Position numbers and translations under genes: made by a program | Part shown: positions 19,331 through 27,587 of the stretch, in pieces | Position numbering within the stretch: position 1 is the stretch's first letter | How the letters are laid out: the number at the start of each line of letters is the position of its first letter | The notes under the pieces: generated by a model | Database searches by the model: none | What the model was told of the DNA's origin: nothing | The model's input: the letters and a program-made list of their open reading frames with translations, nothing else | Virus record (IMG/VR): IMGVR_UViG_3300049043_000233 | Location: 1 to 63,978 of that record | DNA length: 63,978 nt | Reading direction: 5' to 3' (one strand) | Origin: a virus | Taxonomy: Duplodnaviria; Caudoviricetes

Positions 19331-20352
19331 ATGGAGTGTCCTTCTTGCATTGTTGACTCCTCGGTCAACCGTGAACACCATCGATATGCCATTGCCAACG
19401 CAATGCTTGGCCCCGCTGATCCATCGCTCCCTAATGCCGCCTTCTGGAAAGAACTGGCAAAGCGATGGGAAGTGGGGCTGGCAGATGCTCTTTCTCGTCG
19501 TTGCAACAACTGCGAAAACTATATTGACACGCAGCAAATTCAAGAATGTATTCAACGACATGGATCGTTTGACATTACAAGTCTTGGTGGTGCCTTTCGC
19601 GACATGGGAGACGCTAGTGGATATTGCACGCTTTATGACATCACCTGTACAGCAAGCAGGGTTTGTGTAGACTGGGAAGCTGGTGGACCCATTACCACTT
19701 TTAAAGAAGGATCAAGCGCCATGGAAGAAGCGACAAACGATCGCGCAGACGCCAAAAAGATGTCTGCAAAGCAGAAGAAGATTTCTGAGGTTATGCGTGA
19801 GTTCAAAGAGGGAAAACTTAAAAGCAGCAGCGGTCAACCAATTACTAATTACAAACAGGCCGTGGCCGTAGCCCTGTCAGAAGCGGGCATGGCAATGAAG
19901 AAAAAGGACGCCAGTGAAGACTATTTGCGTGGATTCATCCAGCAAATTTTACAGGAAGAAGAGGCCATGCAGGAAGAAGGCGATAATACCTGCCCAAAGG
20001 ACTGAGGGGCGACGCCGAATCATTTTCCCCTCCATCGTCTGTTCGTGCCGCAGCGCGTCGTGGCCTCGAACTTCGCAGGAAATATGGCAAAGGCGGACTG
20101 ACCACTCAGGAGGCAGGCAAGCAGGGCATTGGTAGTGGCGTGGCAAGAGCCACTAGCTTGGCCAATGGCGAAGCCGTGAGTTACGAGACGATTAAGCGCA
20201 TGGCCGCATTCTTCTCTCGCCACGAAAAGAATAAAGGTGGAGGAGAAAATGACGCTGGATATATAGCGTGGGAATTATGGGGCGGAAACGCGGGAAGGTC
20301 GTGGGCGTCACGCATCATTAAGATGGTGGAAAGTCGTCGTCAAGGACAATGA
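19331..20352 (+). CDS. Multi-domain head-module protein: Cys-rich domain and KISEVMREFKEGKLKSSSG domain (stop 20005), plus a -1-frame extension to 20352
   Basis: ATG at 19331. CNNC...GYC..C..C domain. The -1 frame is open from CCCAAAG (19993) through PPSSVRAAARRGLE...GYIAWELWGG to 20352. Confidence 0.6.
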
Positions 20353-20657
20353 GCGAATACGTCCGGGTGATTGAGGAAGAAGAAGAAGATGGCATTGGCC
20401 TAATGAAGGCGCTTGCCATTTTGTCCGCTCACGAACATCGCGGCACTTCTCATTGGCGATTGATTGAACAACAGCATTTCAAGAATGGGCGTCTTGACGA
20501 AACTCATATTTTTGTGGAAACCTTCTACGAGAAGCCCGACGAACACTTTGAACCAGTAAAGATGCTTACCTTCGAGGCCGAGGCCATTGCCAAGGCTTAT
20601 GTCATGGAAAGCATTGAGGCTCAAATTCGTGATCTTCAAGACGATGACGATGACTGA
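20349..20657 (+). CDS. Hypothetical phage protein
   Basis: 102-aa acidic ORF with ATGA overlap. Confidence 0.65.
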   Translation: MSEYVRVIEEEEEDGIGLMKALAILSAHEHRGTSHWRLIEQQHFKNGRLDETHIFVETFYEKPDEHFEPVKMLTFEAEAIAKAYVMESIEAQIRDLQDDDDD

Positions 20658-20932
20658 CCAGCGTTCAAAACAAAACTAGGCATTCCCAATAGCCAAAGCA
20701 CCGACACTCCATATACGCCACTGAGGGTGGCAAGTTGCACTGCCGAGGGTTCTGTTTCGGCTCGTTCCATGCGGCAGTAAGTGCTTGCCCCAATATGAAG
20801 CTCCTTGGCAATGGCTCGCTGAGAAAGTCCACTGTTTAGTCGCGCATCTCGTAGCCGTTCGGCCACGACTAGCTTGCGCTGGTGATGAGGCATCCGCAGA
20901 GCGTTGGTGCTGCTGGCCATCAAAAACCGCAT
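20636..20932 (-). CDS. XRE-family helix-turn-helix regulator
   Basis: RLRDARLNSGLSQRAIAKELHIGASTYCRMERAETEPS...VSVLWLLG. Confidence 0.85.
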   Translation of the reverse strand: MRFLMASSTNALRMPHHQRKLVVAERLRDARLNSGLSQRAIAKELHIGASTYCRMERAETEPSAVQLATLSGVYGVSVLWLLGMPSFVLNAGQSSSSS

Positions 20933-20994
20933 TTTCTGTGCCGCCTATGGGACAAATGTTTTGATTATTGTAAACCATTGGCTAGTTTTATACC

Positions 20995-22185
20995 ATGAGC
21001 GAAACTTCTTTTCGTTACGATGTTGCGCCGATCGAGCGTTATGAGATGACCCCTGAGGGTTATCTCCGCGCTTGGGCAACCATCGCACGCACTGGTGTGC
21101 AAATGTACACCGATGCCGATGGTTCCGTTCGTCGCGAATATCGTCCAGCGGAAGAAGTAAGTTCGCCAGAGAGCCTCGCTTCCTTTGCGGGCAAGGCTGT
21201 CACTCTCGAACATCCCCCCATTCTTCTTGATAGCGCCAACACGAAAAACTATCAAATTGGTTTTTCTGGCACTGAAGTGGTTTATGACAACGGCTTTGTT
21301 CGTGCTGTCATGACCATTACGGATAAGGACGCCATCGAAAAGATCATGCGCGGCGATGCAAAAGAAGTCAGTGCCGGCTATAGGGTTGAATTTGACCCTA
21401 CGCCCGGCGTTGCGGATACAGGCGAGAATTACGATGGCATCCAACGGATGATCAATGGTAATCACATTGCCGTGGTTCGCAGGGGTCGGGCTGGCCCACA
21501 GGTGAAGCTTCATCTAGATCGTCTAGATGCCGCAGATCCATCATTACTTTCCATTGAGGACCCATCTATGACTGCAAAAGTCAATTTTGATGGCGCCGAG
21601 TTTGAGGTGAGCGAGAGCGTTGCTCTGGCGATCACTAAAGAACGCGAAGACGCCAAGATGTCCTACGAGGACATGAAGAAGAAGTACGATGCCATGATGG
21701 CCGAAGCTTCCAAAATGAAGGAAGAAATGGATGCCATGGGCAAAGAGATGAAGGGCAAATGCGATGCCGCTGAAGGTCGCGCTGATGCCTTGGAGCAAGA
21801 ACTGGAAGCCGCCAAGGCCGATCTGGAAGCTGCTGCTCAAGTGAATGTTGATTCGCTTGTTGAGGAGCGTTTTGCTCTGATTGATAAAGCTCGCGCCACC
21901 CTGGATAGCGAGTTTGATTTCACCGGCAAAAAAGCTCGTGAAATCATGGAAGCCGCCATTAAGGCGGTGCGTGGCGACTCTTTTGATCTGTCGGAGCGTT
22001 CCGACGATTACGTGGAAGCCATGTTTGACACTCTGGCCGAGTCCGCTCATAGCGATTCTGCCACCACCGATGAGCTGCGCAAAGCCGTTGCTTCCATCGC
22101 CACTCCTGCTTCTGCACCGTCTTCCTACATGGAGCGCCTGCAGAACGCCTGGAAGACCCCCCTTTCCATCTCCAAGGAGCGCTGA
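20995..22185 (+). CDS. DUF2213 prohead protease/scaffold protein
   Basis: TPEGYL, ARTGVQ.Y, VTLEHP, EVSAGY, NHIAVVRRGRAG, followed by a coiled-coil scaffold region. Confidence 0.88.
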   Translation: MSETSFRYDVAPIERYEMTPEGYLRAWATIARTGVQMYTDADGSVRREYRPAEEVSSPESLASFAGKAVTLEHPPILLDSANTKNYQIGFSGTEVVYDNGFVRAVMTITDKDAIEKIMRGDAKEVSAGYRVEFDPTPGVADTGENYDGIQRMINGNHIAVVRRGRAGPQVKLHLDRLDAADPSLLSIEDPSMTAKVNFDGAEFEVSESVALAITKEREDAKMSYEDMKKKYDAMMAEASKMKEEMDAMGKEMKGKCDAAEGRADALEQELEAAKADLEAAAQVNVDSLVEERFALIDKARATLDSEFDFTGKKAREIMEAAIKAVRGDSFDLSERSDDYVEAMFDTLAESAHSDSATTDELRKAVASIATPASAPSSYMERLQNAWKTPLSISKER

Positions 22186-22188
22186 TCC

Positions 22189-22752
22189 ATGGCCGTCACT
22201 TTTACCCCTTCGGGCACGGCTGCTGCAGGTGGTGTTCAGCAAAGCTATGCGCTTGAGCTGACTGCCCTTCAGGAAGGCCAACTGTCCGACATCCGCGACA
22301 ACACCATTGGCACCTATATCAATGAGACGGGTGCTGTCATTCCCTTTGGCAATATCGTCACCTTTGCTAGTGGCGGCACTGTTGCCAACTCCGCTAAGAC
22401 CATCAGTGGCACCTCTGAAACCGTGGTGGGTGTTAATGTTCTCACCTATGTAGACGAGAAAGCTGCCGACGCCAACAGCCGTCCCGGCGTGAAAGCCGCT
22501 CAGGCAATGAACGTGGCTAACGAAGGTGCAGTGGCCATGTATGTGCATGGTTCCGTCACCCCGGCTACTGCCGTGCGTGTGATCCACACAGCCACTGGCG
22601 TGCAGTACGCGGGTCAACTGCGTAGCGCATCGCTTTCGGGCAAGACTGCTGTTCTCTCGAACGCTCGTTATCTCACTTCCGTCACCGGCTCTGGCCTGGC
22701 GATCGTTGAGTTTAACGGTCCTGCCTTCACCCTCACCGCTGACAATTCCTGA
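22189..22752 (+). CDS. Capsid decoration/cement protein
   Basis: Sits between scaffold and capsid. Small-residue-rich beta protein with IPFG motif. Confidence 0.7.
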   Translation: MAVTFTPSGTAAAGGVQQSYALELTALQEGQLSDIRDNTIGTYINETGAVIPFGNIVTFASGGTVANSAKTISGTSETVVGVNVLTYVDEKAADANSRPGVKAAQAMNVANEGAVAMYVHGSVTPATAVRVIHTATGVQYAGQLRSASLSGKTAVLSNARYLTSVTGSGLAIVEFNGPAFTLTADNS

Positions 22753-22766
22753 TAGGAGGCCCTCCC

Positions 22767-23672
22767 ATGTCTGATTTTCGTATGGATGAAGCGGGTCTGT
22801 TTCTCTCGCGTCAGCTTGAGTACATCCGCCCGCAGGTGTTTGAGATTCAGTACGCTGACATCAAATACCCCACTATCCTGCCCGTGACCAGCGAGGCTGG
22901 TCCTGGCGCACAAACCTTCACCTACCGCATCATGGATGCCACGGGTGATTTCAAGGTGATTTCCGACGCCGCCGATGATCTGCCTCGTGCCGACATCAGC
23001 CAAACCGAGAAGAGCATCAACATCCGCTCGATCGGTGGTTCGTTTGGCTACACCGTTCAAGAACTTCGTGCTGCACAAATGGCGAATATCGCCCTTGAGC
23101 AGCGTCGCGCTTCCGCCGTTCGTCGTGCTTACGAAGAAAAAGTGGAAGGCATTGCCATGTTCGGTGAGTCCTCCGTTGGCTTGGCTGGTTTCTTCAACAA
23201 TTCCACGGTTGACCTTGTGGTTGCCGATAAGTGGTTCACCGATAGCGGCACCACTGCTCAGGAAATGCTTGAGCTTTTGAACTATGGCGTGACTGCCATT
23301 GTCAATGGCTCGCAAATGAAAGAAGAGCCCGACACTATCCTCATGCCCTTTGAGGATTACAGCAAGGTGAGCACCACTCGTAATAGCGATTCTTCGGATG
23401 TCACTGTGCTGGAATATTTCCTGCGCACCAACCCTTACATCCGCAACGTTGAGCCCATCAACCAGCTCAAAGCTGGCAACGGCTCGCTTACCAAGAACCG
23501 CATGGTCGTGTACAAGCGCGATCCTCAGAAGGTGCAACTGCACCTGCCCCAACCCCTTGAACTGTTCCCCCCTCAACAGCGCGGTCTGGAATTCATCGTT
23601 CCCGCCCATGCTCGCGTGGGTGGCGTGGCCCTCTACTACCCCAAGAGCGTCATTTACGTTCAAGATAACTGA
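22767..23672 (+). CDS. Major capsid protein (DUF2184, HK97 fold)
   Basis: FLSRQLEYI, YTVQELRAA, RMVVY.RDP, ARVGGV..YYP. GGAGG RBS and strong codon bias. Confidence 0.9.
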   Translation: MSDFRMDEAGLFLSRQLEYIRPQVFEIQYADIKYPTILPVTSEAGPGAQTFTYRIMDATGDFKVISDAADDLPRADISQTEKSINIRSIGGSFGYTVQELRAAQMANIALEQRRASAVRRAYEEKVEGIAMFGESSVGLAGFFNNSTVDLVVADKWFTDSGTTAQEMLELLNYGVTAIVNGSQMKEEPDTILMPFEDYSKVSTTRNSDSSDVTVLEYFLRTNPYIRNVEPINQLKAGNGSLTKNRMVVYKRDPQKVQLHLPQPLELFPPQQRGLEFIVPAHARVGGVALYYPKSVIYVQDN

Positions 23673-23720
23673 GCATGAAAGGGGCGTTAAGCTGATTAGC
23701 AGTTCTTATCGAACATTTCC

Positions 23721-24107
23721 ATGTTGATCGCTTATCGCCCCGAGCTCGAAAATCCGCCTCGTGAAGGGGGACTCGGCGTCATTACAGACGTTGGCATGAT
23801 CCAGCTCAGTCCGGGAGTGAATTCAGACGTGCCAGAAACCAAATGGGCTCAGGCACGTAGCAATGCAACCGTCAAGCGTCTTCTGGCGATTGGCGCCATT
23901 GAAGAGCTGAAAGACACTCCCACTGTTCAGGACATCCCCCAGAAGGTATCCACCCTTGTCGATCTTTCACTTTCCGACGCAATCCGCATGATTGAAATCA
24001 TGCACGATGAAGAACAGCTTCAAAGCTGGAAAAAAGTGGAAGGGCGGGTGAGGGTGCGCAATGCCATCAGCAAGCGTCTTGAGGCCATTCGCATTGGGAA
24101 AGCCTAA
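23721..24107 (+). CDS. Hypothetical virion-associated protein
   Basis: 128-aa ORF after the capsid gene. Confidence 0.65.
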   Translation: MLIAYRPELENPPREGGLGVITDVGMIQLSPGVNSDVPETKWAQARSNATVKRLLAIGAIEELKDTPTVQDIPQKVSTLVDLSLSDAIRMIEIMHDEEQLQSWKKVEGRVRVRNAISKRLEAIRIGKA

Positions 24108-24109
24108 TC

Positions 24110-24421
24110 ATGGCCGTCACCTATGCCAGCTTCTTAGATCGCTTCCCCGAATTCACTCCCCATCCATCGGGCATTGTGAATGGGGCCATCACAGAGGCAG
24201 CGGCTGATGTTGGCGACGTTTTCGGCAATCAAGCCGATCGCGCAACCAAGCACCTAGCCGCACACATTATTGCCATTCAACTTGCACAAATGGGCATTCA
24301 AATTGGTGCCACGGATGGCAAGGTTTATGGCAAAGGACTTGAAGCCACTCAATATGGCCAAGAGTTCAAACGCATGCTTGAAACCGTCGTTGGTGCTTCT
24401 TCAATTGGTTTTGTTGTATGA
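24110..24421 (+). CDS. Head-tail adaptor (DUF4054-like)
   Basis: FLDRFPEF...HLAAH...TQYGQEF. Confidence 0.75.
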   Translation: MAVTYASFLDRFPEFTPHPSGIVNGAITEAAADVGDVFGNQADRATKHLAAHIIAIQLAQMGIQIGATDGKVYGKGLEATQYGQEFKRMLETVVGASSIGFVV

Positions 24422-24807
24422 CCAACTCCCTTGCGCCACTTGCTAATGCCACCCTGGTGTGGCAAGTTGCGTCTGGGTATGTGGCCGACAATACCACTGG
24501 CAATTATGTGGCCATGGCAACTGGCATCACATACCATGCCTCGTTGAAGCAAAAGCAGAATCCTCGTTTTGATTATTTGCTTGGGGCTGATAATACGGCA
24601 GTGTACATGGAAGGAAGGCTAACTTCACCATTAGCCCTTTCCGGCATCACTCCTGGAAGCTCCGCTGCAGCAACAATCAATGGGAGGGAAGGACGGTTTG
24701 AACTGTTGCCCAACGAGCAAATTGCTGAACACTATTGGCAGTTTCTCGGCACGCCAATCCGGGGCATTTTTAGACTGGTTGGCAAAGGAAGCGTTCAGAA
24801 CGTCTGA
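24418..24807 (+). CDS. Putative head-closure protein
   Basis: Size and position after the adaptor. Confidence 0.5.
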   Translation: MTNSLAPLANATLVWQVASGYVADNTTGNYVAMATGITYHASLKQKQNPRFDYLLGADNTAVYMEGRLTSPLALSGITPGSSAAATINGREGRFELLPNEQIAEHYWQFLGTPIRGIFRLVGKGSVQNV

Positions 24808-24844
24808 CGCTTAACCACTTTCTCTTTCCATTGAGGATCTTCTC

Positions 24845-25423
24845 ATGCTCTATCATCCCACCGAGCTGGTTAAGAGCCAAGACGTTATTGTGCGCGTTGG
24901 CTCCGTTATCACTGCTTCTGGTCGTCCCGTTATCACCCAGAGTGGCGCCACTTTTACTGTTAGCGGCGCTCCCACCCTCTACACTCTTCAAGCTGCCACC
25001 ACAGCTTCTGTTGCCTTCAACGATGGCAACACAGAGTTCTATCTGCTGGGCGGCGGCGGCTTCTCGGACAGCGTGATCGTCACTTCGCAGGCCACTGCCT
25101 CTATCACTTCTTATTTTCAGAAGGATGTGGACGGTACGACCTTCGTACCCGATAGTTTCGACGAAGCCTTCCAGGTGATCGCCACCGGTCGTTACGACAA
25201 GACTGCTGAAGTGTATGTCGAAATCAACAAGCAACTTGGCTCAAGCGGCACCACGTTTTACTACGATCGCGTGGCCTATGTGGGTCGCGTGATGAACTAC
25301 AACGAGAATTATCCTGCCGATAACCTCGTGGAGGTCACCTTTGATTTGATCAGTCGCGGTCGTATTGGCATTCACCAGGCCGCCACCTCATCGGGCAGCA
25401 TCATTCCGTCAGCTCCCAACTGA
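24845..25423 (+). CDS. Putative major tail (tube) protein
   Basis: Thr/Ser-rich beta protein with high-expression codon bias, ending ADNLVEVTFDLISRG, followed by a terminator. Confidence 0.7.
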   Translation: MLYHPTELVKSQDVIVRVGSVITASGRPVITQSGATFTVSGAPTLYTLQAATTASVAFNDGNTEFYLLGGGGFSDSVIVTSQATASITSYFQKDVDGTTFVPDSFDEAFQVIATGRYDKTAEVYVEINKQLGSSGTTFYYDRVAYVGRVMNYNENYPADNLVEVTFDLISRGRIGIHQAATSSGSIIPSAPN

Positions 25424-25445
25424 TCTTTCCATCGTTTTTCTTGCT

Positions 25446-25473
25446 AGCCTCTCCATATGGAGGGGCTTTTTTT
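25446..25473 (+). terminator. Rho-independent terminator
   Basis: AGCCTCTCC-ATAT-GGAGGGGCT followed by a T-run. Confidence 0.8.
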
Positions 25474-25884
25474 ATGAACATTCTTCAGCTTAGGGAGGTG
25501 GTCACCGATCTCCTTGGCGCCGCCCCTAATTTAATCGGCACCTATATCCTCCCCAACAACAGCACGATTCCGGCAGTGTATGTGGTGGGACAAAAAAGCG
25601 TGCCTTCAGAGTGGAAGGTGACTGGCCTAGAGGTGACCATGCGTCAATATCCAGAGCCGCGTCCGCGTTCGCCCATGGGCGGGACAGTGAAGGTGCGGCA
25701 ATTGTGGGAAGTTGTTCTTATGCAATATGAACCAAGTGGCAAACAAATCAGTGATGCTATGGACCGAATGGTTAGGCGGTTTCCAGATTGTAATTTGCGA
25801 TTTTTTCCTGGCAATGATGTGGCTTATGAGCGCTGTCGCATTGTCATTCCAGACTTGATTTTGCGCCCTCTTTATCGCGAATGA
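25474..25884 (+). CDS. Putative tail terminator/neck protein
   Basis: ATG at 25474; position in the tail module. Confidence 0.5.
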   Translation: MNILQLREVVTDLLGAAPNLIGTYILPNNSTIPAVYVVGQKSVPSEWKVTGLEVTMRQYPEPRPRSPMGGTVKVRQLWEVVLMQYEPSGKQISDAMDRMVRRFPDCNLRFFPGNDVAYERCRIVIPDLILRPLYRE

Positions 25885-26360
25885 GTATTTTTACAATTAC
25901 AGGGGCAAGGGTGATCAATGCTCAAGTGATTGAGCGCAAGTTAGCTCAGGCTTTTAATGCTTGGACCAGGGAAAATGTGAACGATCATTTTTATGATCAA
26001 TTCCACAATCCAATCTGGGCCTACGATAGGGAAACGAAGCGCAAAAATCCCAATGCCCCTATAAGACTTGCGCAAGCCGGAGCTCTTAGGGATATTGTCG
26101 ATTATGGTGAGCTCTACAAGAGTGGCGAAAGAAGCTATGCGATTAGCGAGACAGGCTCAGGACCTTCTGCACACTGGAGTTGGGATGCTCGCGGAGATTC
26201 TGGCTATTACTATGCCCGAGATGTACACGAAGGAGAGGGCACCAGTGCTGGCAATCCACGACAATGGACTGATGACGTGGCAATGCCATTGAAATTTAAC
26301 AGTAGTTTGCTCAGAAAGGAACTGTTAGACCGCATTCGCGCAACTTTCTTGGGATCATGA
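25881..26360 (+). CDS. Putative tail completion protein (HK97 gp10-like)
   Basis: RDIVDYGELYKS...YARDVHEG...PRQW. Confidence 0.55.
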   Translation: MSIFTITGARVINAQVIERKLAQAFNAWTRENVNDHFYDQFHNPIWAYDRETKRKNPNAPIRLAQAGALRDIVDYGELYKSGERSYAISETGSGPSAHWSWDARGDSGYYYARDVHEGEGTSAGNPRQWTDDVAMPLKFNSSLLRKELLDRIRATFLGS

Positions 26361-26608
26361 AAATTGATTACCTGCACAGCCTCGACGAGACGGTTCACGC
26401 AATTAACTGCGTCGCTGATGGCGCCGCCATGGAGGTGGGTATTCTCTGTCTTATTTCCTGCAAGCGGCCGACCATTAGAATTGCGAACGACTACCATTCT
26501 TTTCTCGTTGAAGTGCCTCCTCAGTTTCGCTCAAGCTTTGAGCGAGTGAAGGTATTCAACGCTCTCCTTAACATTCTCGATCATGAGCAAGTACAGTTTT
26601 CTGCTTGA
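26357..26608 (+). CDS. Hypothetical protein
   Basis: 83-aa ORF with ATGA overlap. Confidence 0.55.
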   Translation: MKIDYLHSLDETVHAINCVADGAAMEVGILCLISCKRPTIRIANDYHSFLVEVPPQFRSSFERVKVFNALLNILDHEQVQFSA

Positions 26609-27128
26609 GACCAAAGAAGAAGGCTTTTGCGAGCTGTCGCCCAGTCTTCGTCTTAAAAAATTTGGCGGATGGTTAGTGGCCGAAGCAATCGAGCAAGAAG
26701 AAATTGGCCGCATTCAGAGCCAGGCAACAATCAAGGCCGTGCAACTAGCAAAACGCATTGCCACTGTTAAGGGCATTGACCTGGACGAAGCTTTCACCCT
26801 TCTTCAGGGCGGTGGGCATATTTCCGAGGCTGAACTGCTTGCAGATTTCACGGAAGAAACCCTGGGCATGCTGTCCAATAGCTCGTCTGTAGAAGCGACC
26901 AACGCACGCATGGTCACCGCCTTCATTCGTTCTCGGGGGCAAGGGTTGATTGACGGAGAGTGGCAAGATATTGCGGACTGGAGTAGTGAGGATACGGCTA
27001 TGCTACCGCGTCGCGTCACCGCACAAGTGGTTGATTTTATTGCCTCCGAGCAGGCGGCTGAAGTCAAGGAGGCTGGAGAAGCAAAAAAAGCGCAGAAGAA
27101 AACTACGGTTCAGTCGCGGAACAGTTAG
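26583..27128 (+). CDS. Tail assembly chaperone (lambda gpG-like)
   Basis: Upstream of the tape measure. Slippery A AAA AAA at 27083-27089. Confidence 0.7.
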   Translation: MSKYSFLLETKEEGFCELSPSLRLKKFGGWLVAEAIEQEEIGRIQSQATIKAVQLAKRIATVKGIDLDEAFTLLQGGGHISEAELLADFTEETLGMLSNSSSVEATNARMVTAFIRSRGQGLIDGEWQDIADWSSEDTAMLPRRVTAQVVDFIASEQAAEVKEAGEAKKAQKKTTVQSRNS

Positions 27129-27550
27129 AGGCAAGGGCTAGAAAGTTTCTGGCCTCGTTGACCAACTGGAACGATTTGTACTTTCGCCTGTCTTCATCCG
27201 ACTTCAGGGATGATCGATGGAGCGCAAAGAATTTTGGCAGGCAGCGAATGACCGACGTTCAAGCTGCATTGAAATATCTTGAAAAGCACGAAGCCGCAAA
27301 GTATAACATTCAAAGCATAGCCGTGGCAAAACTAGGTACAATGGCATCCGGCATGATGGGAGGCAAGAAAAGCGCCATCAAGCCAGAGCATTTCTTGCCC
27401 TTTGATACCAAAGCAATACGCAAGGATGATGGCGTGACAGATGAAAGTCTGTTAGTGCTACAGCGTTTAATGAAGACGAGAATACTTAATGGAAAGATAA
27501 TCGCCCTACTGGCTGATGAGCTCAAGGCCTTTGCTGGGCGAAATCAATAG
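27083..27550 (+). CDS. Tail assembly chaperone gpT-like part, reached by -1 frameshift
   Basis: The -1 frame is open from 27083 into the 27158-27550 ORF. Confidence 0.65.
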   Translation, partial: KKSAEENYGSVAEQLEARARKFLASLTNWNDLYFRLSSSDFRDDRWSAKNFGRQRMTDVQAALKYLEKHEAAKYNIQSIAVAKLGTMASGMMGGKKSAIKPEHFLPFDTKAIRKDDGVTDESLLVLQRLMKTRILNGKIIALLADELKAFAGRNQ

Positions 27551-27559
27551 TGGCGACTA

Positions 27560-27572
27560 TAGAATGAAAGCA
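27560..27572 (+). promoter_or_regulatory. Second copy of TAGAATGAAAGCA, upstream of the tape measure
   Basis: Exact match to 13661-13673 at nearly the same distance from the ATG. Confidence 0.55.
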
Positions 27573-27587
27573 TAGTGGTCGTGTAAA

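Noticed and set aside
18359-20005. Apparent 548-aa fusion of radical SAM with Cys-rich and basic domains
   Set aside because: Removing one G from CCCGGGAGGCTAA gives a natural CTEPGG* end. A -10-like TAAAAT and an ATG at 19331 follow. Probably a homopolymer error.
21544-23663. Long minus-strand ORFs (357 and 331 aa) opposite scaffold and capsid
   Set aside because: Antisense shadows caused by strong codon bias in highly expressed genes; no recognisable motifs.
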